Positions 52,430 to 64,000 of a stretch of DNA of 64,000 nucleotides are shown one piece after another. Positions within the stretch are counted from its first letter, which is position 1, and each line of letters starts with the position of its first letter. A program made the translations under genes and the position numbers. The stretch spans positions 85,624,001 through 85,688,000 of the forward strand of contig OZ076409.1 in assembly GCA_964187785.1 (NCBI GenBank), given 5' to 3'. The stretch comes from Amphiscolops sp. MND2022. Taxonomy: Eukaryota. Below the pieces are notes generated by a model. That model saw only the letters and a list, made by a program, of their open reading frames with translations, had not been told where the DNA came from and searched no databases.

Positions 52430-53860
52430 GTAACTAGGTTTTTGATTCGTCTCCGAATTTGGCTGTCGATTGCTGGGTGGAAGTATCCGTGTTCCTTTCT
52501 CGTTGGAAGTGTCGCTTTGGTCTCGGGTTGTTGGCCGAGTTGGCTCCATCCCAGCATTCTTCTGTTTTGTGAGGTTTGCCGCACGTATCACATTTAAGCG
52601 TGGTGCTTGCGCTATTTTTGGTTTGGCTGTTATTTTTCCGTGTCTGTTGCATTTGTTTTCGGCATTCCGCTTTGAAGTGTCCGAATTTAATGCAGTAGAA
52701 ACAGTATCATTTTTTAGTATTTTGGGTAGGATTTTCAGTTGGCTTTCGCTCGGGTTTCGATTGAGCAGGTTCTAATTTATTTAGAAGGACTAGGTTGATC
52801 TCATCTGGTGCTCCAAGGCCATTGAGCCGCATCTCTCTTTCGAGGTGGAGTACAATATCAATGTACGGCTTATCTTCAAGGTATGCTCTGTTTAGTATCA
52901 TTTTAACGTGGTCGGGCATTTTGGCGTATATAGCCTTGTCAATGAATTGTTGGGCCTCTGATCCCAAGGCCTCCGTTGCAGTTTTTTGGAGGGCGTCCGA
53001 GAATTCATGTAGTTTTTGTGTTGAGGGGTCGAACCTGAGTGCGTCCCATTCACATCTGGCTTTTGCCATCGATAAATAGTTGCCAAAACGGCGTTTGAAA
53101 ATCGTCATGATTTCTTCTAGCGAATCTTTTTTCGCATCCTCTATATTGCAGAACGCTTGTAGGGCGTCTCGTAGCAAGGAGTGAAAGTGATTAATTTTTT
53201 GAAGTTCCGTGAGATGCGGGTACATTTTGATGTTCTTGCGGAAAAGATCCTCGAAAAGTTCAAATTTTTAGTTTTCCTGTCAAATGTTGGGAGTGTTGCC
53301 GTTAGGGCTTTTGGCATGGGTAACGCGGGGTTGTCATTCCTGTCTGACCCGAAAAGTGTTCTAGCTACCACAGGACGCTCTTTTGACGCTGGTTGGCTTT
53401 GAGACCTTATTTTTGGTCTTTTCGGGTGATTTGCGGAGTCGGTTAGGACCCCTGTCACCATGTTACGACTTATGTTTGTATCGTTGTTTTGGGTGGAGTT
53501 AATTCTAACCTCTTCAGTAGGGGTGTAGAAACTCATAGTTTCGTTCTCTGTTTCTTTTTCGAGGTTTTCTCTAACGTTTTCCCTTGTTTCAGGTTTAGGG
53601 AGTCTTAGCATTTCTCTTTGGAATTCTACAAGAAGATTCTTGATCCCGGACGTGATTTCTTCTTTTAGAGAGGCTCGTAGGCTTTCGAAGAAGCTACCTT
53701 CTATTCTTGGAGATTTTGGCTCTGACGGGCCTGCGACGCCTACTTATTGGTCCAAAGGACAAGAGCTGTCCGCTATAACTGGTGAAACAAAACCTTCATT
53801 TACGTTTTCAACAACCTCTTGCTGGTTGTTTCTTCTTTTCTGGCTTCTAGTTGTAGACAT
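52430..53860 (-). pseudogene. Ty3/Gypsy gag, frameshifted
   Basis: MSTTRSQKRR start, LPTFD capsid-like region, knuckles CFYCIKFGHFKAEC and CDTCGKPHKTEEC. Confidence 0.88.
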
Positions 53861-55801
53861 CTTGTTGAAAAAACTTTGATTTTGTAGTTTCAATCGATTT
53901 TTGAGAGTTTATTTTGACTGAGTTGAGGCAAAACAAAAGGAAGTTTTAGCAACTATATATCGCGAGAGTCCCTCATTCATCGCATTTTTCCGTATTTATA
54001 CCCTCGTAGCATCATTTGATCACGACTAAAATCCCTATTTTTCCTCGGACAATTAGTCATTTCCTGTTTCTTCGATGAGAAACTCAGTAAGATCCAAATT
54101 TTGCGTCGACATTTCGTCAAATTTTAAGACACGACTACACTTTTCGATATTAGTCACTTATCACGAGCATATTTCATCCCGGCGTCCTTTTGTTTCCTCC
54201 CAAACATGAAATAGATATTACTTCAGTCTATCAAACCGGAAATGATTCCCTGTTCTGGTTCGCGGGAAATTGACGCTGAGATGACGCTGACGTGAACAAC
54301 TAACGCTTGATTTTGGAAATCAACTTGATCAAATTCGATGACTAATTTTCGAATTATGAATATTTGAGCAATGCTAAGAGAATATTCTGACGGATTGGAG
54401 ATGATGAGTATCAAATTAAAGACAAAGTTTAACATTCGCAAGCATATATACGTATAGATCAACAGTTCATCACAATACAAATCTGACGTGACAATTTCGA
54501 CAAGATTATACCTTTTAGTGAATGCACCAACGCAATTAGTGATTGTATAATAATAATTCCAAAACAGGTTTAGCAACGATAATTTTAACGAAGAATTAAC
54601 GTAAGAAATGTGATTACAAACGCTACCATTTTCTGTAAATTCAACAAATTAGATACAAAGATACAGTCATTCAAAAAATACAATCCTTGTACAAAATAAT
54701 CTCAATGCGCTCCAGTCATGAATATAAACTGTGACAAGTGTTTATATAATCACAAAACTCGACAGTTGTTAATTCTCAGGGTATCCTTTAGTTGCCACCA
54801 AAAGTTTGACGATAGGTTGAGGAATATCTCGAATGTCATCTTTTCTATCCTAGTTTTGATTAACCTAAAAATGCATGACTTTCCCGAGCTTGGATCATTT
54901 AAACAACGTCTACTTCATTATTCTAGTTGGGTTAAAACGGTTATTTTGATGGATTTTAAATGTTGTATTAACGTGTTTCCTTAGAATAATAGAGCAAGTT
55001 TATCTAAGTCATCCAATTTCATAAACTTGTCAACGTCATGTTGACGAGTTTTCTTGGCAGAGCTGAGATTTTGACTAGTTTGACGCAATGCTGACGATTA
55101 TTTTAAGAATGATTTTTTAGCTAGCTGCCGGCGTAGTGACGTCACAATGGCGGTAAATTGGAATGATTTCTAGTAATGCTATTAGTATAGGCGGATAATC
55201 GGAATGATTTTCTGGTGCGCATGGACGAGGCAGTGACGTCAATTGGTATACCTTCAAACTTGTTTGCGTCTTACTGACGACAAAAATACATGTATTCTTA
55301 TTTCCTCCGCCGCTTTGTTTGCTCAACGCAATATCGACGTCCTAAACCACACTAATTGCTGTTCAAAGGGTAATTAAGCTGCCTTTCTTAGAAAAAGCTT
55401 AGTTTCCTCGGCGTGCCATCTCAATGTACTTTCTATTTTAGATCTGATTGATGTTCTTTCGGAGATGATTTTGGATGTGTTTTCATTTAGATTATTATAT
55501 GGTTCCTAAATTATGGAGTTTTTATTTAGTTTTCAGGTGGCGAATGTTACTATTTTGACGTGGCAAGTGCGTCTTGCCGGAAATGCATGAAATCATTTTG
55601 GCTTAATTTGTTCCCTACTTTCATTTTCAGCTGTGGTTTGCGTATTATATTCGTACGTCCTATATTTTGGTCACAGTTTATTTATTCTCGCAGGAGTTTA
55701 AAATCCAAAGTACCTTTTTGAAAGTTTCGCTGTACAGCCATGACCTCTGCCGTAGCCAACTCGTCTGCATCGACATTCCAGTCCTGGAGCGGACTGTGAC
55801 A
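53190..55801. repeat. 2.6-kb direct repeat, copy 2
   Basis: Colinear with 39700-42305; TATAAATA on the minus strand about 135 nt upstream of the gag ATG in both copies. Confidence 0.92.
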
Positions 55802-56773
55802 CTAAAGGTAGCTTTGCGTATTTCTCGACTTTGCTCTTCTTCGGGAATCTTTTCTCAGAATAGATTGTGGGATCATTAGAAGTGGTTGTTGCTTCCCTTG
55901 AACAGATCTGTGGCGGTGCTTCCCACGACTTTCATAAGATGGAGGAAAAAATCCCAGTAGACTGACTGTCTATCTACAAAAACAATGTCTCTTTTTGAGT
56001 TGATGTGGTGTTTTATATTGATAATTTTTCTGTCTTGCTTCAGCTCAGTTCTATAGATCCTGTAGAATTCGTTTTCAATTTTGATGTAATCGAAACGTGA
56101 AAGACAGTGAAAGAAAAAGGTAGACAGTAAAGGAGTTTCCAAATTTTGAAGATTTGAAAAAGTGCTTCAGAGAAACGAACCTGAAATCAAAGAAATCAAA
56201 ATAATGTTTTGTGTTGATCTGAATTGACAAGATTGTCTTGATTATCAAGAATAAGGCGCAGTGTTTTCTCCAGGTTTTAACAACGCATCCATTTTTGCCA
56301 CTTCTGCTCACCTTTAGAATTTTTTCTTTGGTTCCTTCTAATGTTTTGTATTCATCTGATGTATCAAGATTTTTGGAAACCAAAGAAAAATTGCATGGGA
56401 GAGCTGAAGTTGTGGCAAAAATGGATGCGTTGTTAAAATATGGTGGGAACACTTTGCGTTATTACTTCGGGAGGGAAGACTTGTCTGCCGTGGAACAGCT
56501 GAATGGCAGGAACAGCAAATAAGAACAGGTTAATATTTTTCTCGAAAAGATACAGTTGCAGAAAATCCCTTTCATACTGCAGCGCCCAGTCGTTTTCAAG
56601 TGGATCAACCTGTCAATGATGTGTCGATGTCGTTATCTGTAATTAGGGATGGATGTAACTCAGGGTGGCTTCGAAATGCAACAAAACAGCAGTTAGTTAA
56701 AGTCATCTGATGCAAAAAGAACGAACAGTTAGCCTGACGAAGTGCTAGCCGCGAAGATACATGAAGGTGAGTA

Positions 56774-58041
56774 CAGTCGTGATTTAAAAGAATGCGACTA
56801 AGAAAACTGAATTGGAAGCCAGAATTTACAAAATAACTGCGAAAAAAAAATCAATATTAGACAAAAAATAATAGCAAACGCAACCCAAAATATTAATATT
56901 TTGTGGGATGTCCCGAAAACTTTACAACTTCTTCAAGTCTGCGAGGAATTGACTCATAAAGTTTTGCCACATAAGTTTGGGGAATTTTATGAAATTCTTC
57001 TTGTGCAATGGTCCAAAGTTCATCGACTGTTTCGGGTCTCCTTTTGTGAACATTCTTCTTCAAAATGCTCCACATATTTTCTATTATATTGATATCTGGG
57101 GACTGTGGTGGCCAATTTTCTAGGATAGTGAATCCATTTTCCCAAAAAAAGTTTCGGGTTTTTAGCGACGTGTGTGCTGGTGCGTTGTCTTGCTGGAAGG
57201 GTTCATGCATATAAAGAAAGTCCACAACATTGTCTTTCAATATTTTGATATAAACATCGGAATCTACCTTGTGTTTTTAATCGGAATGAGAAGTCGATCA
57301 CCATTAGACCGAATACAGCCCCAAACCATCAATTTTTTTCGTGCGTAATTACTAGAATTAACAATAAATTGGGGGTCGTATCTTTTTTTGTTTGGCCGTC
57401 TAACAAGAATTTGCCTTCTGCAATTCAACTCCATCATTGCTTCGTCCGAAAAAATTACACTATTCCAGAAATCCGGGGTTTTCTCCATTAACATCTGTTT
57501 GGCCCATTGCTTGCGTTTTTCACGATTTTTGTCCGAAATTTGAGGTTTTTTGGGACTATTCTGCTTCGGAGGCCATACTTAACAAGGATTCTGCGTATGG
57601 TAGAGCTGGACAGATCGACTTTTGTGAAATTTCTTAACTGCGTTGAGTTCAAAAAAGGGTGTTTTTTTGACGCCAATGTGACTACTCTTTCTACTCTTCC
57701 GGTCACTTTTCTTGGTTGCCCGGGACTTTTTGTGTTTTCCACATGACCACGTTTTTCATAGCGAATGATAATGCGTGATACAGATGCTTTATGTACTTTG
57801 GTAGTTTTGGAAATTTCACAAATAGTAAAATTTTGTGACTTAAGTTTTATAACTTTGCACGTGTTTTTAGACTTGTTTGAGGCATAGTTGTTAGTAAATA
57901 AAGTAACCTGGAGATAACTATTTTAATTATCTGTCGATTGACAACTTTGTTTACTCAACAGGCTTTGTTTTTTGCGTGAATAATTCCAATTTTGTAGATT
58001 TAGTTCAGCCTACTTGGTCGCATTCTTTTAAATCACGACTG
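56774..58041 (-). mobile_element. Tc1-like DNA transposon, 1268 bp
   Basis: Perfect 25-bp TIR CAGTCGTGATTTAAAAGAATGCGAC with TA on both sides. Confidence 0.96.
56893..57885 (-). pseudogene. Tc1-family transposase (DD35E), about three frameshifts
   Basis: PGQPRK, VIFSDE, VWGC, FQQDNAPAH, SPDINIIENMW. Confidence 0.93.
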
Positions 58042-58757
58042 TACAGGAGGAAGCAACAAGAAAGGCATGCTGGAACTATTTGAGTAACTCGATGTCGCTA
58101 ACTTCAAGGAAAAAAATTAGAGTGACAAACGAACCTCCGAAAAAGAGTGAAAATAGTCCAAGCAGGTAGTAGTCAGGAACCACCAGTTCCGAAGCGTCTC
58201 CCTGACATCTATTCAGAGTGATCAGTTTGGAAAGATTCTTTTTATCAGAGCGAATATAAAATCAAAGGGACAATGCGTGTGAATATTGTTATCAATTTAG
58301 CGCTGATCAAAAGTACGGTTCATTTATAACCTGACAAATTGTTACACACAGCATAAGTATCTTACCTTGCGGCTGAGATGACAGAGCTGACATCAGTTAA
58401 AATTGAGAACTCAGTTAGTTAATTCGTTGTCTGAAAGCCGTATCAGCGAAAACACAAATGAATTTGACAGCATAACAACATGTGCACTGTGAGAGCTACG
58501 CGCCCCCAAACTAATCATTGACAACAAGATACCCGCTAAGCACCGGGACATTTTCCTCCCTGTTCGGCTTCACTAACGAAGCCATAGCTATTTTGGGAGG
58601 GGGGAATAGGATCCAAAGAATAAGATCTAAAATTTAGTGATTTTAGATCTTAATCCTTTTAGATCTTATTCTCGCCCTGAAATTTTAGATCTTTTTCCCT
58701 TTAGATCTTATTCCCTTGTTTGAATTTAGATAATTTTCCCGCTGTATGCTATTTTAC

Positions 58758-58805
58758 TTACTTGACTATTTTAGCTACTGAGAGCTATATAAAATAGTCA
58801 AGTAA
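58758..58805. repeat. 16-bp perfect inverted repeat downstream of a TTAGATCTT repeat cluster
   Basis: TTACTTGACTATTTTA-N16-TAAAATAGTCAAGTAA; AGATCT repeated five times in 58620-58712. Confidence 0.8.
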
Positions 58806-60588
58806 TCAAAAGGTGGAGATTGTGGAGATTTGGCAAAATTTGAAAAAAAAAATTGTCACAGATCATGATTTTTCTACCCCTTTTATAAAATGTGGGGTCG
58901 GAAAATGAAAAGAAAAGATTGAGAATGTTACTTTACCACCACCCGCAGCACCCTCAGGTAAAATTTCTGCACCTACAAAGAGTAAATTCGTGGCAACAAG
59001 AATTTAAACTGTGAGTCTACCGTGAGCCAATTCACCGAAGTTGACGTTAGCCGAGTTCTCAGGTGACCCATTAAACGGGCGTGGGTTGTCAATTATTTTT
59101 CTCAACTCAACACGCGGCAAACATTGACACCAGTCGGAAGATAAATCACCCCAAAGCAATAGTCTCTCGTAAAGCTAAAGAAGTCATAGCGTGACTACGC
59201 TACCTTAGGGGACGTGTAAATGACATATCGCTCCGACTGATGCCTGTACTGCTTAGATTTAGGGTGTTTGTGGTAGAAGTTTGTTTAGTTGTTTCTATAA
59301 CAAGTTACTTTCATTCTAAGCAGCAGAAGCCACTATTGAAACTATTAAAGATCTCTTTCAGTGTTTAGCTAAGTCTTCAGGGTATACCTTTCTGTTTCTT
59401 TCACTAGTTATAAACTGAGAGAAAACCTTCCTATTCAGAGATATAAGTAAACTCTGAGTAGATATTTATCATGACATACATCAAAAATTTAACTGTCATC
59501 AATAACTGTCTAGATGAAGTAGCATCGCTAAATCGATTATAGATTAGTGGGCTAGTATCTAAATGATGAAGCATTCACTAAGTAGATTAGAGATTAGTGG
59601 GTTTCCATATCAATTACTGAAAGTCTTTATTAAATAGATTAGTGGGTAAAAATATCTGGATGGTAAGAGCATTCGCTAAATAGATTAGGTTAACTTCAGG
59701 ATGTCATATGTCAATTTGTCAAAGAGGAAAAGTTATAGAAAGAACCTTTTGAGGTCATGCATCATGGTATCACAATCAACCGGGTTTTTGAAAAAAAAGT
59801 TTCGAAGATCATATTTGAAGAAGTAAATGTTTTGTATCTTGTTGTTTTTTAGGTGTTATGTAAAGTGTGTTGTTAGTTTGAGAAGTGTTTTAAACTTAAG
59901 GACTTTTAACTTGGTGCGAATCTTGAAAGTCAAAAGGTCAAGTAAGTTTGACTGATATTTCGGTTCTAGTAATTGTCTGACAACATGTTTTTGTATTTGG
60001 ATTCAAATTCAATCAAGTATCCATTCGTCGGCCTTCTTGAAAAGTTATATCAAGTGGTCAGTGAAAGTTGTGTGAAATGAACAACTTCTGATAATCTGAA
60101 AAATTTTTTGTAATATGGAAGACGTTGTCAATGAGTTGTGAACCAACATTGGCGGGCAGTAACTGAGAGGGAAAGAAGTCATGTTGCTCAAGTATAAATG
60201 AGAAGACGTTGAGAAAAGTTTCAAACTTTGGAAAGTATCACATCGTTCAAAAAGCAAGAAGCTTGTACTATAGAAAAAAAGACAGAAAAGAATGTATTGT
60301 TATAGTATTGTAATGTAACGTATTATAAACAAGATAGCGCTAGAAATGATTTTACAAGATTAGAAAACTATATCTAGAGAATACAATGAAAAATTGTTGT
60401 GACTATATCTACAGAATATCAGAGGTAGATGTGATGATTAATTAAGACTATATCTAAAGAATATCATGATTATATTGAATGATTAAGTAAGGGCTATATC
60501 TAATTGTTGATTATATTGAAGTTTAGTTTGAAACAGTTTGAATTATTGATCATTGGAGAAGTTCATGGCGAGTGATCTGCAAGCTGGC

Positions 60589-60757
60589 GAAACTGCTACA
60601 AGGAGAAGTTGAAGATGGGCGGAGACAGCGAAGAAGATGAAACTTCTACAAGGAGAAGTTGAAGATCGGCGAAGACAGCGAAGAAGATGATGAAACTGCA
60701 AGAAGGAGAAGTGGAAGATGGGCGAAGACAGCGAAGAAGAGGATGAAACTTCTACAA
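60589..60757. repeat. Purine-rich minisatellite, about 3.2 units of 50-53 bp
   Basis: GAAACT(G/T)C..AAGGAGAAGT.GAAGAT.GGCG.AGACAGCGAAGAAG starts at 60589, 60639, 60692, with a partial unit at 60745. Confidence 0.9.
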
Positions 60758-61778
60758 CAAACCAGGTTGGAAGTTTTGAGAATGGGTGGAAGGATTTGGA
60801 TGAGTAGGGTGTTTGGTCGGGTCATAGAGAACCAATTTTTGAAAAAAAAACCGAAATCGTAGAAGATTGCGTTGATATGTAAAAAGTAGAAATTGTTTTG
60901 GTCGAAAGACGTATGGGTGAGGACAAAGACATTGTTTGATTTGGTCCCACAAATAGCAATTGTAGGTCCCGAATTATGTAAGCGATAATATTGCTCAAAA
61001 GGAATTTTTTTTCAGGAGAGTGAAAAGATGTTATGCATAATTTTGAAAAAAAGCTTGGCTGGTTGAAGGGCAATTGTTCCATGCTTCAATTTGTTGCCAA
61101 TTTTGAGAGCAAGAGTTTTGAAGATTGCTACCTTTGAAGAATCAGGGTTGTATAAAGGAACAGTAGTGTTAGTTTGACTGGAGATTGATTTCATTGTTAT
61201 TTTAGAAGTAGTCATTGCCGCTGAGGAGGAGGAAGAAAAGAGACAATGGACGGAAACGACTGAGGTGGCTGAACTGAAAGGTCGAGGACTGCAGAAGGTC
61301 CTGGAGAGGAAATGACGGAGGGTGGTTGGGTGGACAACTGAGAAGGAGGATGCCACGAAAAACGAAGAAGGGAAGTGGGAAAAATAAAAGTTTCTGAAAC
61401 AACGGAAATGTTCAAAAATGAACCAAATTTGGAGCTTTGTACAAAATTTTGGTGCTATATCGTTTATTAGAGTCAGTGAAAGTTTTGTTTGATATTGAAG
61501 TTAGACTGTATCATAGTTCAAAATATTTGAGAGTAAAAGAGACTTGAAACGTTGGCAAAATTGAAGGGCCAATGGTCAACAAGTTTCACTAAGAAAAATT
61601 GTATCAATTTCATTGTGCCAAAAATCAAAGAAGCGTAATACAAAATATGAGTTAGAAGTAGTTCAAAAGAAGTTAAGACGTTCTAAAAAGTTATAAAAGG
61701 TTAAAGAGCTTACCTGTATGGAAGAGTTTGAAGTGTCTGTACCATTGGAATTAGAAAGTGAGATTTACCTGAGAAGCG

Positions 61779-64000
61779 TTATATAGGATTAGAAAAAACA
61801 ATGTTCAAATTTTCAAGTGTTGTCTGTATTGATTTGGATGGTTGAGTAATTCGCTGTGAGTCAATATCCAACGATTGTAATCTTTTGAGCGTATGATCAT
61901 AGCAGTCGCAGTCGAGAATGTGTGTGAGCGTTGCAAGTGGAGAATCCGAAGGATTCTTTTTGTACGGAAGAGTTCGTGATGTAAGAACATTGTTGAGTTT
62001 GTTAGTAGTGGTTGTTGGTTGTTTCGGGGTGTATTGTTCAGGAGTGATATATTGTGTTTCAGATTTGGAATTTTCTGCCTTGACCATGAAGGCAATGATT
62101 TTAGCAGAAAGTAACATTACTTCATTATTTGAATAAGCTTGTTTCGACAACGCTGTATAGAAGGATTTCTCTTTGTCATTAAGAGGAGCAGAAACAAGGT
62201 GTTTAATGACAATCAAAGGTTTTGCGATGATAGTAGGAACGTTACATGGCAAAAGGAAGTCATCAAAGAGTATCAGATATTCCTGAGGAACAATTATAGG
62301 TCTCGATGTATCGTTATATGGCAAGAGACAAAAGTGTTGTTTTATAGGGTCGTAATTTCGTAGATAACCCGTTATGCGAGATTAGTCAATGGTATACAGA
62401 TGTGTCAAAGTTTTTTGGTGATGTAAATTTGTAGTTGACGAAAGTGTAGTGTTTCGGTTTTTGATGTTTAAGAACTGTGACATAGGTATTATGATGAGTT
62501 GCTTTTTGCGAAGATGAAAGGAAAGAACGGTCATCTTCTTCAGTTTTGAGATCATAGATTGACTGTCTGAGAAAATTGAACTGAAGAGAGAAAATTTTTA
62601 CAATTTTGTCAAACCAATAATGATATGGTGTCATTCTTTTCGAGGCAATAGAAGTGAAGAAGTCTTGGTTTTTGTCATATAGTTTGAAGGAGTAGTCAGT
62701 TGGGTGCATATATAGAGATGTGAGTTGAGATTTGAATGCGAAATTTTTGTTTGATAGATGATTTGAATGTTCGGTATGAGATAATCATCTCTTTGTGTTG
62801 AAATTGAATCTTTTGGAGAGATGAGTGGTGGATATCCAGGAGAAGTAAAAAAGAAGGATCTTTCATTATGTCGTATTTCTTTTTTTATGGTGGAGGTGTT
62901 GATGGAGATTGTTCAGGAGGTTTGTGATTTTGAGATGAAATTTCGTTATTATCAGTACCAGAAGATTTGTGAGTAGAGTCCATTTGTTCTATCTGATTGG
63001 TTGTAGGTTCAATAGGACTGGGAAAAGAAATAGGCGATTTGTTACACAAAGGTGTGGTTGATGAAGCTGAGATGTTTGAAATGTTTCGTGAATCCAGTTG
63101 TGATTGAAGATCTTTATGAGCTTGAGTCAAATTGAAGTTTACTAACGAGTGGCTTTATCTTGTTTTGAAGGAGTGGGTTGAGACAAGATTTGAACTGTAA
63201 TTGTTGGTTGCTTTGGACGTACTATAGATATTTCGATTGAAGAATCGATTTTGTTGGAAAAGAGGAAGCAATCTTGTTGAAAAATGACGACTATTTAAGA
63301 GAGTTCTATATGGTGGTGAAAGGCGTTCAATATTTTTTGAATGAAGAGCTTTAGATTGTTCAAGTCAAGGTGGTCAACTGGTATCCCGTGAAAAAAAGTG
63401 TTGAATGACCGATGTTAAAAAGATGGTGGAAAAGAATAATTCGTTTCGAATAAATCTTTACAGGAGTTTCCGTTCCAGGGTTGTCAAGTGGTGTAGAGTT
63501 CAACTGATAAGTGTCAGATTTGGAAGAGACATTTGTATAATGGGGTAATGAAGGATGTGACATGGATTGTGTGACTGGTTTTGAGTTGTCAATAGTGATT
63601 GTATTATAGGATTTACGTTTTGGAAGGAATTTAAGTTTTGACATTTTAGGTAGTTGACGTGTAGGACGTTTAGTGTAAAAGAGAGGTGGAGATATAACCC
63701 TGTTTGAGTTTTGGGTATCGTTGTTTCTATTTGGAGATAGTTGAAGATAATCATAGGGATAATTTTAATTGATCGACGTTTGGTCTATTGGGTTTTCGCT
63801 AATGGTTGACAAGGAAAAGTTTGAAGAAGTTTTGTTCGGACCCAATGCTCTTTTCTTTGAAGCAGCGTCTTTTAGGTCATTGATCATTTCAGATGTAAGA
63901 ATCTTGAAGAAACCATGTGCAATAGAACTAAAAAGAGTTATGTTTTGTTCCAGATTATATTTGATAGAAATTGTTTTGTAAACTTTAATAAGAAGTGGTA
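61779..64000 (-). pseudogene. Decayed S/T/P-rich coding-like region, probably an accessory ORF of another retroelement
   Basis: Run of same-strand ORF fragments with strong strand compositional skew; no recognisable domain. Confidence 0.35.

Noticed and set aside
39700..55801. The 2.6-kb direct repeats as a simple LTR pair starting TGTCACA
   Set aside because: The repeat includes gag coding sequence, no PPT precedes 42305, no TSD is evident, and ORF-X reads through the boundary.
60589..60757. CRISPR-like array or coding repeat
   Set aside because: No unique spacers, eukaryotic context, and unit lengths of 50/53 are not multiples of three.

Overview
Eukaryotic, AT-rich and dominated by transposons; probably an invertebrate animal (inferred from spliceosomal-type introns, Ty3/Gypsy elements and a Tc1 element). 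No intact host gene is visible. From left to right: (i) 1-30.2 kb is a nested tandem segmental duplication (about 5.8-kb unit with an internal 2.49-kb triplication). It amplifies a Gypsy gag-protease fragment and an intronless Rab8/13-like gene that has lost its GTP-binding motifs but keeps a CaaX box; each of its two copies has a different premature stop. (ii) Inserted in the last unit are a 122-bp MITE and an 11.6-kb LTR element with about 3-kb LTRs, a 5-bp TSD, a tRNA-Asn-like PBS, a -1 slippery site, gag and integrase, but no PR/RT/RNase H. (iii) 30-34 kb is a highly decayed Gypsy pol. (iv) 36-55.8 kb is a large Gypsy-related complex: gag-pol, a decayed class III fusogen-like env, and a cassette of two divergently oriented extra genes (one multi-exon, about 1,000 codons, unknown function) around a TGACGTCA-rich spacer. 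(v) A complete-ended Tc1-like element with DD35E spacing, then decayed low-complexity ORFs. All family assignments come from motif recognition by eye; no searches were run.
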